Shown here: piece by piece, positions 1 to 7,106 of the stretch
Position numbering within the stretch: the stretch's first letter is position 1
Layout of the letters: every line of letters starts with the position of its first letter
IMG/VR virus record: IMGVR_UViG_3300020045_010569
Coordinates: 1-24,594 of that record
Length of the DNA stretch: 24,594 nt
Strand: one strand, 5' to 3'
Source: a virus
Lineage: Duplodnaviria; Caudoviricetes
Notes under the pieces: generated by a model
What the model was told of the DNA's origin: nothing
The model's database searches: none
What the model saw: only the letters and a program-made list of their open reading frames with translations
Program-made: the position numbers and the translations under genes

Positions 1-246
1 GATTCGCAAAATAATTATAATGCATTCATTATTGAATGGTTTGACACTCAAAATGTTTTTATTTTACCTTGTATGAGTGGTAAAGTATTTAGTTTTGATA
101 TTAAAGATTATATTACTAACAGTGATTTAGGTGTGTTAAAAACCCATATAGGTGAACAATACATGGATAGGGCTAACACCTTAAAAAATGCTATTAAGGT
201 TGCAAATAAAATATATAATAAAAAATATGAGAATAAAAATAATTAA
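1..246 (+). CDS. Hypothetical phage protein, 5'-partial (DSQNNYNAFIIEWFDTQNVF...NAIKVANKIYNKKYENKNN)
   Basis: Frame 1 is open from the window start to TAA 244-246 and overlaps the next ATG at 227. Confidence 0.75.
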   Translation, partial: DSQNNYNAFIIEWFDTQNVFILPCMSGKVFSFDIKDYITNSDLGVLKTHIGEQYMDRANTLKNAIKVANKIYNKKYENKNN

Positions 247-385
247 ATGCAGCAATTCTGAATATTGGTATGCTGATAAAATAGGTGAAATATATGATGT
301 TTACGATATAGTATTTGGAGATTATAGAGTTAAGCAAGAAGTCGGTGCTTATTGTGTGCTAAACGAAGATGTAGAGCTGTTATGA
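227..385 (+). CDS. Hypothetical protein (MRIKIIKCSNSEYWYADKIGEIYDV...)
   Basis: ORF track 188..385; ATG 227 preferred for its A-rich context; ATGA coupling to the next gene. Confidence 0.7.
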   Translation: MRIKIIKCSNSEYWYADKIGEIYDVYDIVFGDYRVKQEVGAYCVLNEDVELL

Positions 386-519
386 ATAAAACTAAAACAG
401 TCGGACGCCCCAAAATGTACAATGAAGACACAACGTATCTTAACTTCCGTGTCCCCATAAGCCACAAGGAGCGTATAACAACAATTGTAAAAGAATATTT
501 AAACAAACTTAAACAATAG
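382..519 (+). CDS. Small putative DNA-binding protein, GRPK motif plus RHH-like region, 45 aa (MNKTKTVGRPKMYNEDTTYLNFRVPISHKERITTIVKEYLNKLKQ)
   Basis: Read by hand, absent from the ORF track; ATGA overlap with the upstream stop; GRPK followed by an alternating beta strand (LNFRVP) and a helix. Confidence 0.7.
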   Translation: MNKTKTVGRPKMYNEDTTYLNFRVPISHKERITTIVKEYLNKLKQ

Positions 520-523
520 TATT

Positions 524-859
524 ATGAAAAACAGACAATTAATGAGGCTTAATTTAGTGAGCCACAAAGGTCAAGTAAAAACAATTGATTGCATCTCGCC
601 TGGTCAAGTTATTTTATTAGAAGATAGAAATACTGAAGAATCATTTGGTGGATGGGTTGATTTAGATGAAATTGAATTTATCGAATTAACAGAAGAATTT
701 TTGCTGAAATTCGGGTTTAAGAACAGGATAGATATAAATCCTCCATTTAGAAATTACAAAAACATTTTCGTAAAAAATAGCTTTTTATTTTGTTTTACAA
801 TATTACAAATAATAAATAACACTCGCAAACTTTATTTTATTAATTCAGGGTTCTCATAG
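524..859 (+). CDS. Hypothetical phage protein (IELTEEFLLKFGF family), C-terminus probably truncated or rearranged
   Basis: Familiar LTEExLLKFGF motif; the 3' end runs through a minus-strand promoter-like element and overlaps the YopX end by 28 nt. Confidence 0.6.
   Translation: MKNRQLMRLNLVSHKGQVKTIDCISPGQVILLEDRNTEESFGGWVDLDEIEFIELTEEFLLKFGFKNRIDINPPFRNYKNIFVKNSFLFCFTILQIINNTRKLYFINSGFS
796..835 (-). promoter_or_regulatory. Putative Bacteroidota-type promoter, TTTG-N20-TAATATTG
   Basis: Minus strand reads AAAGTTTGCG...TAATATTGTA; one mismatch to TAnnTTTG; same boxes as 1510-1556. Confidence 0.45.
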
Positions 860-1179
860 ATATTACCGACTACTAAAACCGAAGAACAATAAAAGGATTG
901 CCAATTACCAAAAGTTGTGAAATGCGATCCTATTATAACCTTTCCAATCTGATTTATTATTTCTTTTTCGTTTCCTGCATCTACATTAAATTCTACTATA
1001 TCTCCTTCGTAAATTGCTTTTCCTGTTCTGTCTTTTAAACCCGTAAACTGCATAATAAACATACCTATTCCATCTGATTCCCATTGAAATATTGATTGGT
1101 TACTCATGTAATCCATACGATTAAGAATAACACCATTAGCATTTACTGTCCATGACCTAAATTTAATTTCTCTTTCCAT
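832..1179 (-). CDS. YopX family protein
   Basis: Motifs REIKFRSW, MQFTGLKDRTGKAIYEGDIV and VGNIYENPELI. Confidence 0.9.
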   Translation of the reverse strand: MEREIKFRSWTVNANGVILNRMDYMSNQSIFQWESDGIGMFIMQFTGLKDRTGKAIYEGDIVEFNVDAGNEKEIINQIGKVIIGSHFTTFGNWQSFYCSSVLVVGNIYENPELIK

Positions 1180-1184
1180 AATTT

Positions 1185-1253
1185 TTACCTATTAATTATC
1201 ATTCCTAAAACAAAACCTATTAAATACCAAAATATAATTTCTTTATTTTTCAT
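1185..1253 (-). CDS. Small single-TM peptide, 22 aa (MKNKEIIFWYLIGFVLGMIINR)
   Basis: Fills the gap between the HTH gene and YopX; start overlaps the upstream gene end; hydrophobic core. Confidence 0.45.
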   Translation of the reverse strand: MKNKEIIFWYLIGFVLGMIINR

Positions 1254-1488
1254 AGAATATGTTTTTAATTTTATTCAATTCATTTAATGCTATTTCAGCA
1301 TCGGATATTCTATCTTGTAAGTATGGCTTTAGAATTTTAAATGCTTTGCCTTGTAGCTGTGCTATGTTTTTAGGAATAAGTCTGCCATTCTCCATATTAG
1401 CGTAATTAGATTGTTCAATACCTAATTTTTCAGCTAATTGAAATTGTTTAATTCCACAAATAAGCCTTAATTCTTTTACTTCTTTCAT
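1243..1488 (-). CDS. XRE/Cro-type helix-turn-helix regulator
   Basis: VKELRLICGIKQFQLAEKLGIEQSNYANMENGR matches the HTH_3 pattern. Confidence 0.88.
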   Translation of the reverse strand: MKEVKELRLICGIKQFQLAEKLGIEQSNYANMENGRLIPKNIAQLQGKAFKILKPYLQDRISDAEIALNELNKIKNIFYEK

Positions 1489-1509
1489 ATTATTGCTTTA
1501 ATAATTATA

Positions 1510-1556
1510 TACAATATTAGATATTAGATATTATATTTTATATACGCAAACTTTAT
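1510..1556 (-). promoter_or_regulatory. Putative promoter for the HTH gene with a 7-bp tandem duplication in the spacer
   Basis: Minus strand TTTG-N20-(TAATATC)-TAATATTG; plus strand shows ATATTAG ATATTAG ATATTAT. Confidence 0.45.
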
Positions 1557-1576
1557 AAGAAAAATATTAATTTATT

Positions 1577-3088
1577 TTAAAAAAAGAAAACATCGACTTT
1601 AGGCTCAAGTTCAAAACGTTCACGCATCATAAACATGTCCATAATATCGGGAGAATCACCATTTAACTTAGCTTTTTGCGCTCCTTTACTGTTTATACAC
1701 AATTTATCATCCTGATCTAATTTATCACGTTGTATAGCCTTTCTTTCATGTAAGAACCTTTGGCGAACCGTCATTTTAGCATCATACATTTTATTAGCCA
1801 CGATCTCATTAATCTTATATTCGCCTTCAGAAACTTTTTTAGCTGACCTATAATAACACTGCGTTTTTAAATTCTTATATTTTTCAGGCTTATTATAGTC
1901 TTTTTCGCCGTGTTTTATTTCAGGATTAGGCATTGGTGAACCTCCATTATGAAAAGGTATAGCGCCAGGAATAAAACCTTCAATAAATCCCCCTACTCCA
2001 TCATTATCATAACATATGTTTTTATTCTGGACTTTATGACGTGAAGCCATTGATTTAATATCATCTATAACTTCTTTACCGTTTGATTTATCCACTATTT
2101 CAATATCCATTAATTCTCGCCCATAGAAACACCCTATAATGAATTTATCAGACCCTTCTAAGGCTATATCAGCGGTTATAAATCTTTCTTTATGTTCTAC
2201 TTCATAAACATTATTAAACATCCCTAAAAACGATGAATAATCATAAAGATCATTTTCTGAAATTACCACTTTCCAATTAGAATGAAGTAATGCCATTTGC
2301 GTATCTTTATCTTGAGCTAATAAATTACCTAAATAAGCGGGGTTTTCTTTTAATAATTCCTTATTATCATAAATACTACCACCAATAAAAGTAACGGATT
2401 TTACAAATTCATTGGGATCTATTCCTGAACGATTAACAACTTCTTCTAAGATATGCCAACCTTTTTCTATTACTTCAGATTTAGAATCACCCCAAATAAA
2501 GTTATCACCATCAACAATCAAGTATCTTAATACTCCACGTCTTTCGGGTATTGCGTAGCCTGTTTCCTGATCTATCCACCACGATATAAAATCAGCTACC
2601 CAACTATCGGGATCAGGATTACACGTGGCTCTAACATAAGGATTGACCCCGCAAACTGAACGATTACGAGTGAGTAAATAAAAGAACATTTTTTTACTAA
2701 AATGGGTAAGCTCATCAAACCCTATTAATGGTATCTGTGAACCTTGCCAATCGTAAATATTCTTTTCGTGTTCTAAATGTGAGAATTTAAGTTTAGACTT
2801 GCCAAAATCCCATTCTAAATTGGTTTGTCTTGGCTTGGCACCTAAAGCATTATAAAGACCTTCAGAGGTGTCCCATAAACCGCCCTCATTTCTAATCTGT
2901 GGATTTGTACGCCTGAATATTACTGAGCCGAACCCTTCAACATCTTTATGCCTTATAGGCTCTAATAATAATGAAAAAGTTTTACCAACCCCCGCAGCAC
3001 CTCCACCAATTACAATATCAGCAGAAGAAGAAGCGAAATCCATTTGATAACCTTCTTGAGGTCGAATAATAACTTGTTTATCTGCCAT
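1577..3088 (-). CDS. terL: Terminase large subunit
   Basis: Walker A GGAAGVGKT, Walker B IGFDE, RATCNPD motif, C-terminal RNase H-like nuclease (ADIALEGSD...SPDIMD). Confidence 0.95.
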   Translation of the reverse strand: MADKQVIIRPQEGYQMDFASSSADIVIGGGAAGVGKTFSLLLEPIRHKDVEGFGSVIFRRTNPQIRNEGGLWDTSEGLYNALGAKPRQTNLEWDFGKSKLKFSHLEHEKNIYDWQGSQIPLIGFDELTHFSKKMFFYLLTRNRSVCGVNPYVRATCNPDPDSWVADFISWWIDQETGYAIPERRGVLRYLIVDGDNFIWGDSKSEVIEKGWHILEEVVNRSGIDPNEFVKSVTFIGGSIYDNKELLKENPAYLGNLLAQDKDTQMALLHSNWKVVISENDLYDYSSFLGMFNNVYEVEHKERFITADIALEGSDKFIIGCFYGRELMDIEIVDKSNGKEVIDDIKSMASRHKVQNKNICYDNDGVGGFIEGFIPGAIPFHNGGSPMPNPEIKHGEKDYNKPEKYKNLKTQCYYRSAKKVSEGEYKINEIVANKMYDAKMTVRQRFLHERKAIQRDKLDQDDKLCINSKGAQKAKLNGDSPDIMDMFMMRERFELEPKVDVFFF

Positions 3089-3599
3089 TACTTGGCAATT
3101 GGAAAATAGTAACCTGCGATTCGCCTTTCTTTTGTTCGTTGTCTTTAGAATAGAATCCTAACATTTTATTGATAGTGTCAATAGCTTTTAACTTATCGTA
3201 AGATTCAATCTTTTTAATAGTTGACTCAATAAATACTTCGCCTTGTGCTTGACTCTTCTCTTGCTGAACTGTGACCGACTTAATAGATGCTGATATTTGA
3301 TTTTCTAATTCGTTAATATCAATTAATCTACCCATATCATCAAAGTAGTTTTTAACGTCGCCAAAAGCAATCTTACAAAGCTCTTGCAATACCTTATTTT
3401 GGGTTATATTAAGCTCTTCTGACTTACTTTGTTGCAGTTTTGATATATATTCTTGAATGTTATCATTTGATAGCAGTCTTGACCCTTCTACTCTTGCGCT
3501 TCCTTCGGCATAACCGGCACGGATAGCAGATTGCGCACCATTCAAATCAATGATGTATTCTTCGCAGAATCTTTTTTGTTTATCCGTTAATCCTTCCAT
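3078..3599 (-). CDS. terS: Terminase small subunit
   Basis: LTDKQKRFCEEYIIDLNGAQSAIRAGY N-terminus typical of Terminase_2; directly upstream of TerL. Confidence 0.95.
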   Translation of the reverse strand: MEGLTDKQKRFCEEYIIDLNGAQSAIRAGYAEGSARVEGSRLLSNDNIQEYISKLQQSKSEELNITQNKVLQELCKIAFGDVKNYFDDMGRLIDINELENQISASIKSVTVQQEKSQAQGEVFIESTIKKIESYDKLKAIDTINKMLGFYSKDNEQKKGESQVTIFQLPSNGR

Positions 3600-3604
3600 T
3601 ACTT

Positions 3605-3778
3605 TTATTTCTTATAGTAAGTTATTACGCAGTCACCTTTTACGGTAATTGTTTTAATACACTTTGTTTCACGTTGCTTTAATTCAGTCAATCGTTGGTT
3701 TGCTTTGATACGTTCTTCGAAAGCTATGCTTATAACTTCCAATTCATTTATTAAACTGCCTGATAAACTGTTTTTCAT
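3605..3778 (-). CDS. Hypothetical protein, 57 aa (MKNSLSGSLINELEVISIAF...)
   Basis: Read by hand; TAATG coupling with the upstream gene; fills the gap before TerS. Confidence 0.6.
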   Translation of the reverse strand: MKNSLSGSLINELEVISIAFEERIKANQRLTELKQRETKCIKTITVKGDCVITYYKK

Positions 3779-4119
3779 TAGTCTATAATATTTCCAATTC
3801 CTTTAACTGTAAAAGACCAACTCTGTTTATTTGTTACTTCTTCAATAATCAATTCAGCGCAATATTGACTGTTTTCGACTGCATTCACTCCTGTTAATCC
3901 AAATGGTTTATAACTATCAATTACTTCTTGAATAGTGTTTTCATTTATAATAGTAAAAAGTTTAATATCTAAACGTTCTTCTTGTAGTCGAATAGCATCA
4001 ATAATATATTGACACTCTTCATAGTTTTCTTCTCTTTCAAAGTGTTCTAATACGAAAAGCAAAGAAAGTATTCCGTATTTAAACATTTGAATTCTATATT
4101 TTTCAACTTCTTTATTCAT
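3778..4119 (-). CDS. Hypothetical protein with a UVR-like ENYEECxxI motif
   Basis: ORF track; coupled to both neighbours. Confidence 0.75.
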   Translation of the reverse strand: MNKEVEKYRIQMFKYGILSLLFVLEHFEREENYEECQYIIDAIRLQEERLDIKLFTIINENTIQEVIDSYKPFGLTGVNAVENSQYCAELIIEEVTNKQSWSFTVKGIGNIID

Positions 4120-4235
4120 AGTTTAGCTATTACTTTAGTTTTAGCCTCTTGGAGTGAATTAAATTTAATCTTCGGTGTTTTGAATATTATTTCGTCTGTC
4201 TTAGTCCAATTGGCTTTTATTTGTTCGATAGTCAT
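4116..4235 (-). CDS. Hypothetical protein, 39 aa (MTIEQIKANWTKTDEIIF...)
   Basis: Read by hand; ATGA overlap with the next gene. Confidence 0.55.
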   Translation of the reverse strand: MTIEQIKANWTKTDEIIFKTPKIKFNSLQEAKTKVIAKL

Positions 4236-4240
4236 TTTGT

Positions 4241-4456
4241 TTAGTTTTTAGAAAATGTATTTAAGTCTGATTTTAGTTCTTTATTTCCTTCAATTATAGT
4301 ATCATATTCTAATACTGAATTTAAATCAAACCACTCACATATTCTTTTCTTTTGACTTAAATAATCATCTTTCAATTCGGCGTTAAAAAACACGTGTCCG
4401 AACTCTTCCCATGGGAAATGATATTTAATATATTCTATTTCAAATTGCGTTATCAT
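4241..4456 (-). CDS. Hypothetical protein
   Basis: ORF track; first gene after the 4571-4599 promoter and leader. Confidence 0.7.
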   Translation of the reverse strand: MITQFEIEYIKYHFPWEEFGHVFFNAELKDDYLSQKKRICEWFDLNSVLEYDTIIEGNKELKSDLNTFSKN

Positions 4457-4570
4457 GGTTTAATGATTTTAAAAATGTAGTCTTTCCCACTGTCACCACG
4501 TTTATCAAAGGTTGAAATTTATAATTGATTGTACTTCTCAATTAATGTACCACAGAAAACAATTGTATTA

Positions 4571-4599
4571 CAAATGTAGTAAATATTTTATTAATCAAA
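4571..4599 (-). promoter_or_regulatory. Promoter TTTG-N17-TACATTTG driving the operon that includes TerS/TerL
   Basis: Perfect TAnnTTTG -7 box (4571-4578) and TTTG (4596-4599) in an intergenic gap. Confidence 0.65.
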
Positions 4600-4609
4600 G
4601 AGTTAAAGT

Positions 4610-5053
4610 TTATTTTTTAATATACTCCGATTCATCTAAGCCGAAAACGTTGAAATTCCAATCCAAAAGCTTATTAAACATATCTATGGAAATTCTGTTA
4701 GTTATTTTTAAGTCATTCAATAATGCATCAATAGCCTTCTGTTTTCGAGTGTCACAGCAAAATGAATCAGGGTTAACGCTTCTCATTTTCATTAAATAAT
4801 GTACGGGAATAAACCTTTCTCTTTTATGCTCTATTTCTTTTGTGAGCATATCCATTGAGTAAAGAATTGGTTTAAACAACCAATAATGATCTGATTGAAA
4901 CATATTTGAAATTCCTAATCGCGCATCATCGCTATCATCTACACAAAGAATTGATTGTAATATCCCAAATTGTTCACTTTCTTGATATTGCATTTCCAAC
5001 TGATACGGCAAGTAAGCCGAATATATTTTTAAAAGTTCTTCTTTTGTTTTCAT
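4610..5053 (-). CDS. Hypothetical phage protein (YLPY...KPILYSM...FNVFGL family)
   Basis: ORF track; motif pattern recurrent in Bacteroidota phage accessory proteins. Confidence 0.8.
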   Translation of the reverse strand: MKTKEELLKIYSAYLPYQLEMQYQESEQFGILQSILCVDDSDDARLGISNMFQSDHYWLFKPILYSMDMLTKEIEHKRERFIPVHYLMKMRSVNPDSFCCDTRKQKAIDALLNDLKITNRISIDMFNKLLDWNFNVFGLDESEYIKK

Positions 5054-5056
5054 GGT

Positions 5057-5188
5057 TTATTTTCTTTTTTTAGGTCTTTTTGAATTGTTACCTGCACGAT
5101 ATTTTTTATAAGGTTTTTCCCATGGTTCCAGAAATACCTTATTGCCATTTCGCTTATATTCTTTCAGAAGTTCTTTGGTTGTTTTCAT
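5057..5188 (-). CDS. Small basic protein, 43 aa (MKTTKELLKEYKRNG...NNSKRPKKRK)
   Basis: Read by hand; fills the gap between neighbours. Confidence 0.55.
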   Translation of the reverse strand: MKTTKELLKEYKRNGNKVFLEPWEKPYKKYRAGNNSKRPKKRK

Positions 5189-5190
5189 AA

Positions 5191-5427
5191 TTACATTTTG
5201 TTTAATTCGTTTTTTATTTCCTGCCAATAAATCAAATTAGGGTTTAATTTCCCTCCCATGTCAGACAGGTAAGTGTCTATATACTCCCATTGTTCTATTA
5301 TCTCGTCAACAGCTATTTTAGCGCATTCAATGGCTAATAAATCCCACATTCCATCATAATCTTTCAGTAATTCACTCTTTTGATATTTTTCTACTAAGCT
5401 TTTCGCTTTATCTTTCGCTGTTTCCAT
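5191..5427 (-). CDS. Hypothetical phage protein (AKIAVDEII...YWQEIKNEL family)
   Basis: ORF track; recurrent flavobacterial phage motif. Confidence 0.8.
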   Translation of the reverse strand: METAKDKAKSLVEKYQKSELLKDYDGMWDLLAIECAKIAVDEIIEQWEYIDTYLSDMGGKLNPNLIYWQEIKNELNKM

Positions 5428-5974
5428 TTTTAATTTCTTTTATTTTGTTTTTATAGTATTGTATTTTTTCTTTGATTTCGGGGATGGATAGTTTAGATGA
5501 TTCATTAAAATTTTCTAACCATTCCACTTTTTCAACACCTAATTTAATAACTAATTGTTTTCTGTATTCTAACAAATGACCATGCTTATCTCTATTGCAA
5601 GGCACGCATTGACCAAAACAATTTTCTTCATTAAATCTTAATTGTGGATTTCCTCCAACACTTCGGAAGTGCCCCGCATCGAATTTCCTACCCTTTAAAG
5701 GTCTTTGACAGCTAATGCAGTTTTCTTCAGCGTCACGGGTTCTTATAAACGTGTTAAATGTTACTTGCAACAGTTTAAGCCACTCCGAATGCGTCATTAT
5801 CGCTTCTTTCCGTTCTTTTTTTTCCTTTGCCCATTCCTTAGCCTTAACTTTAGTTTCTTTATCCTTAGAATAAGACATTGCGCATAAAGGAGAACAACAT
5901 ATTTGAGTAGTCGAATAAGTTGGAGTAAACATCTTACCACATTGACGGCATTTCTTAGGCTTTACTTTGAGCAT
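5408..5974 (-). CDS. ninG: NinG/Rap family recombination endonuclease
   Basis: N-terminal CxxC...CSPxC zinc motif, FIRTRD-x4-CISC, DAGHFRS, LRFNEENCFGQCVPCN. Confidence 0.92.
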   Translation of the reverse strand: MLKVKPKKCRQCGKMFTPTYSTTQICCSPLCAMSYSKDKETKVKAKEWAKEKKERKEAIMTHSEWLKLLQVTFNTFIRTRDAEENCISCQRPLKGRKFDAGHFRSVGGNPQLRFNEENCFGQCVPCNRDKHGHLLEYRKQLVIKLGVEKVEWLENFNESSKLSIPEIKEKIQYYKNKIKEIKNGNSER

Positions 5975-6429
5975 TATCCGAATATTTGTTTTATTGCTGA
6001 TTCTGTTAATTCAATTAAACATTCTTTTTTAAATCGTGTTAATAAGCTTTCAACTGTATTATTTTTAAGCTGATCTAAAGAAAAAACATGAGGAAATTCG
6101 TTTTTCACATATTCCCATTTCTTTCCATCTTTGTCAATATTGAATTTATACGAAAAGCCTTTAAATAAAACCTTTTCCTTTGCTTCTCGATAGTCTCTTA
6201 ATTCGTATGGATATCTTTTTTGGCTTGTTTTATTTGGTATAGGTTCAACTATGCTAATTCCGTCTTGCCTTAATGGAATAAACATTTCTAATTTCAAAGG
6301 AAGTTTCAAAAACTCAGCATAGTTAAAAATAGATTGATATTGAGACATAAAAGAAAAATCTTTAAATCCTGATTGATTACATTTTTCTTTAACCTCTAAA
6401 ACAAAGTCAGTCATTGATAATAATTTCAT
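5974..6429 (-). CDS. Hypothetical phage protein (MKLLSMTDFVLE...YAEFLKLPLKLEMFIP)
   Basis: ATG 6429 preferred over TTG 6453, which lies inside the -7 box; preceded by AAATAAATACT. Confidence 0.82.
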   Translation of the reverse strand: MKLLSMTDFVLEVKEKCNQSGFKDFSFMSQYQSIFNYAEFLKLPLKLEMFIPLRQDGISIVEPIPNKTSQKRYPYELRDYREAKEKVLFKGFSYKFNIDKDGKKWEYVKNEFPHVFSLDQLKNNTVESLLTRFKKECLIELTESAIKQIFG

Positions 6430-6450
6430 AGTATTTATTTTTGTTGAGTA

Positions 6451-6480
6451 CAAAGTTAGTACATTTATTTAACCACGCAA
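6451..6480 (-). promoter_or_regulatory. Leftward promoter TTG-N19-TAACTTTG
   Basis: Exact match to the Flavobacterium/Bacteroides sigma-A consensus. Confidence 0.8.
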
Positions 6481-6509
6481 TAGTAAATATTAAAATAAAT
6501 TTTAATTAA

Positions 6510-6521
6510 TTGATAATCAAT
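6510..6521. promoter_or_regulatory. TTGATAATCAAT box, copy 1 (near-palindrome, overlaps an IHF-like site at 6503-6515)
   Basis: Identical 12-mer at 6868-6879; minus strand TATCAATTAATTA fits WATCAANNNNTTR. Confidence 0.5.
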
Positions 6522-6582
6522 GTTATAATTTTTATTTTGTTTTATTTTTGTACGTTATAGTATGTACATTAAATATTATACT

Positions 6583-6590
6583 TAATTTTG
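6583..6590 (+). promoter_or_regulatory. -7 box TAATTTTG for the 6609 gene (weak -33 box)
   Basis: TAnnTTTG 18 nt upstream of ATG 6609. Confidence 0.55.
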
Positions 6591-6608
6591 CTTAAAATAA
6601 TTAAATAC

Positions 6609-6881
6609 ATGACAGCAACGCAAGAAATTAAAAAAGCAAAGAAAGAACAAATTCACAGATTATCTTTGGATTTAGTTAAACTAATGAGTTTAAACCATAA
6701 TGAAGTATCTAAAGTGCTAAACTGCAAGACAGGAACAGCCATTAAAAAAACATTAGACAAACAAGATAGGTTCTTTACCGAAATAGACCTTATTACTTTA
6801 TTAGGCTATTCATCTGAAAAATCAAGATTGTTAATGTTAAAACAAAGGGAAATTAAAAATTTTATACTTGATAATCAATAG
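6609..6881 (+). CDS. Putative HTH transcriptional regulator (Cro-like position)
   Basis: Start moved to ATG 6609; LNHNEVSKVLNCKTGTAIKK resembles an HTH; lies in the divergent control region. Confidence 0.6.
   Translation: MTATQEIKKAKKEQIHRLSLDLVKLMSLNHNEVSKVLNCKTGTAIKKTLDKQDRFFTEIDLITLLGYSSEKSRLLMLKQREIKNFILDNQ
6868..6879. promoter_or_regulatory. TTGATAATCAAT box, copy 2 (overlaps an IHF-like site at 6873-6885)
   Basis: AATCAATAGTTTA fits WATCAANNNNTTR; identical to 6510-6521. Confidence 0.5.
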
Positions 6882-6905
6882 TTTATAATAATTAAGTGCA
6901 TTTTA

Positions 6906-6937
6906 TTTGCACAATTAAAATAAACGTCTTACATTTG
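6906..6937 (+). promoter_or_regulatory. Early rightward promoter TTTG-N20-TACATTTG
   Basis: Perfect Bacteroidota consensus. Confidence 0.85.
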
Positions 6938-6971
6938 TAGAAGCAAAAACAAATAAATAAAAATAAACATT

Positions 6972-7106
6972 ATGACAACAGTTCAAAAAATAGAAAAAAA
7001 GGGATATACAGTAGTATTCTTTATGGGGGGCGATGGCGTTCAGGCTATTAAAGGAATGCAAAAAATTACCGCCAAAAACGTTACTTCACTATTAAAAAAA
7101 ATATAA
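6972..7106 (+). CDS. Hypothetical protein, 44 aa (MTTVQKIEKKGYTVVFFMGGDGVQAIKG...)
   Basis: Read by hand; AAATAAACATT-ATG start; TAATG coupling to the MTase gene. Confidence 0.72.
   Translation: MTTVQKIEKKGYTVVFFMGGDGVQAIKGMQKITAKNVTSLLKKI

Noticed and set aside
4512-4799. + strand 95-aa ORF
   Set aside because: TTG start; antisense to a family-like gene and a promoter; shadow ORF.
5705-5887. + strand 60-aa ORF
   Set aside because: Antisense shadow inside ninG; its Phe-rich stretch mirrors Lys/Glu codons.
4531-6570. Paired GTAC / GTACATT motifs at three promoters as operators
   Set aside because: Spacing is inconsistent (12, 7 and 10 nt) and GTAC/AATGTAC also occur in coding regions.
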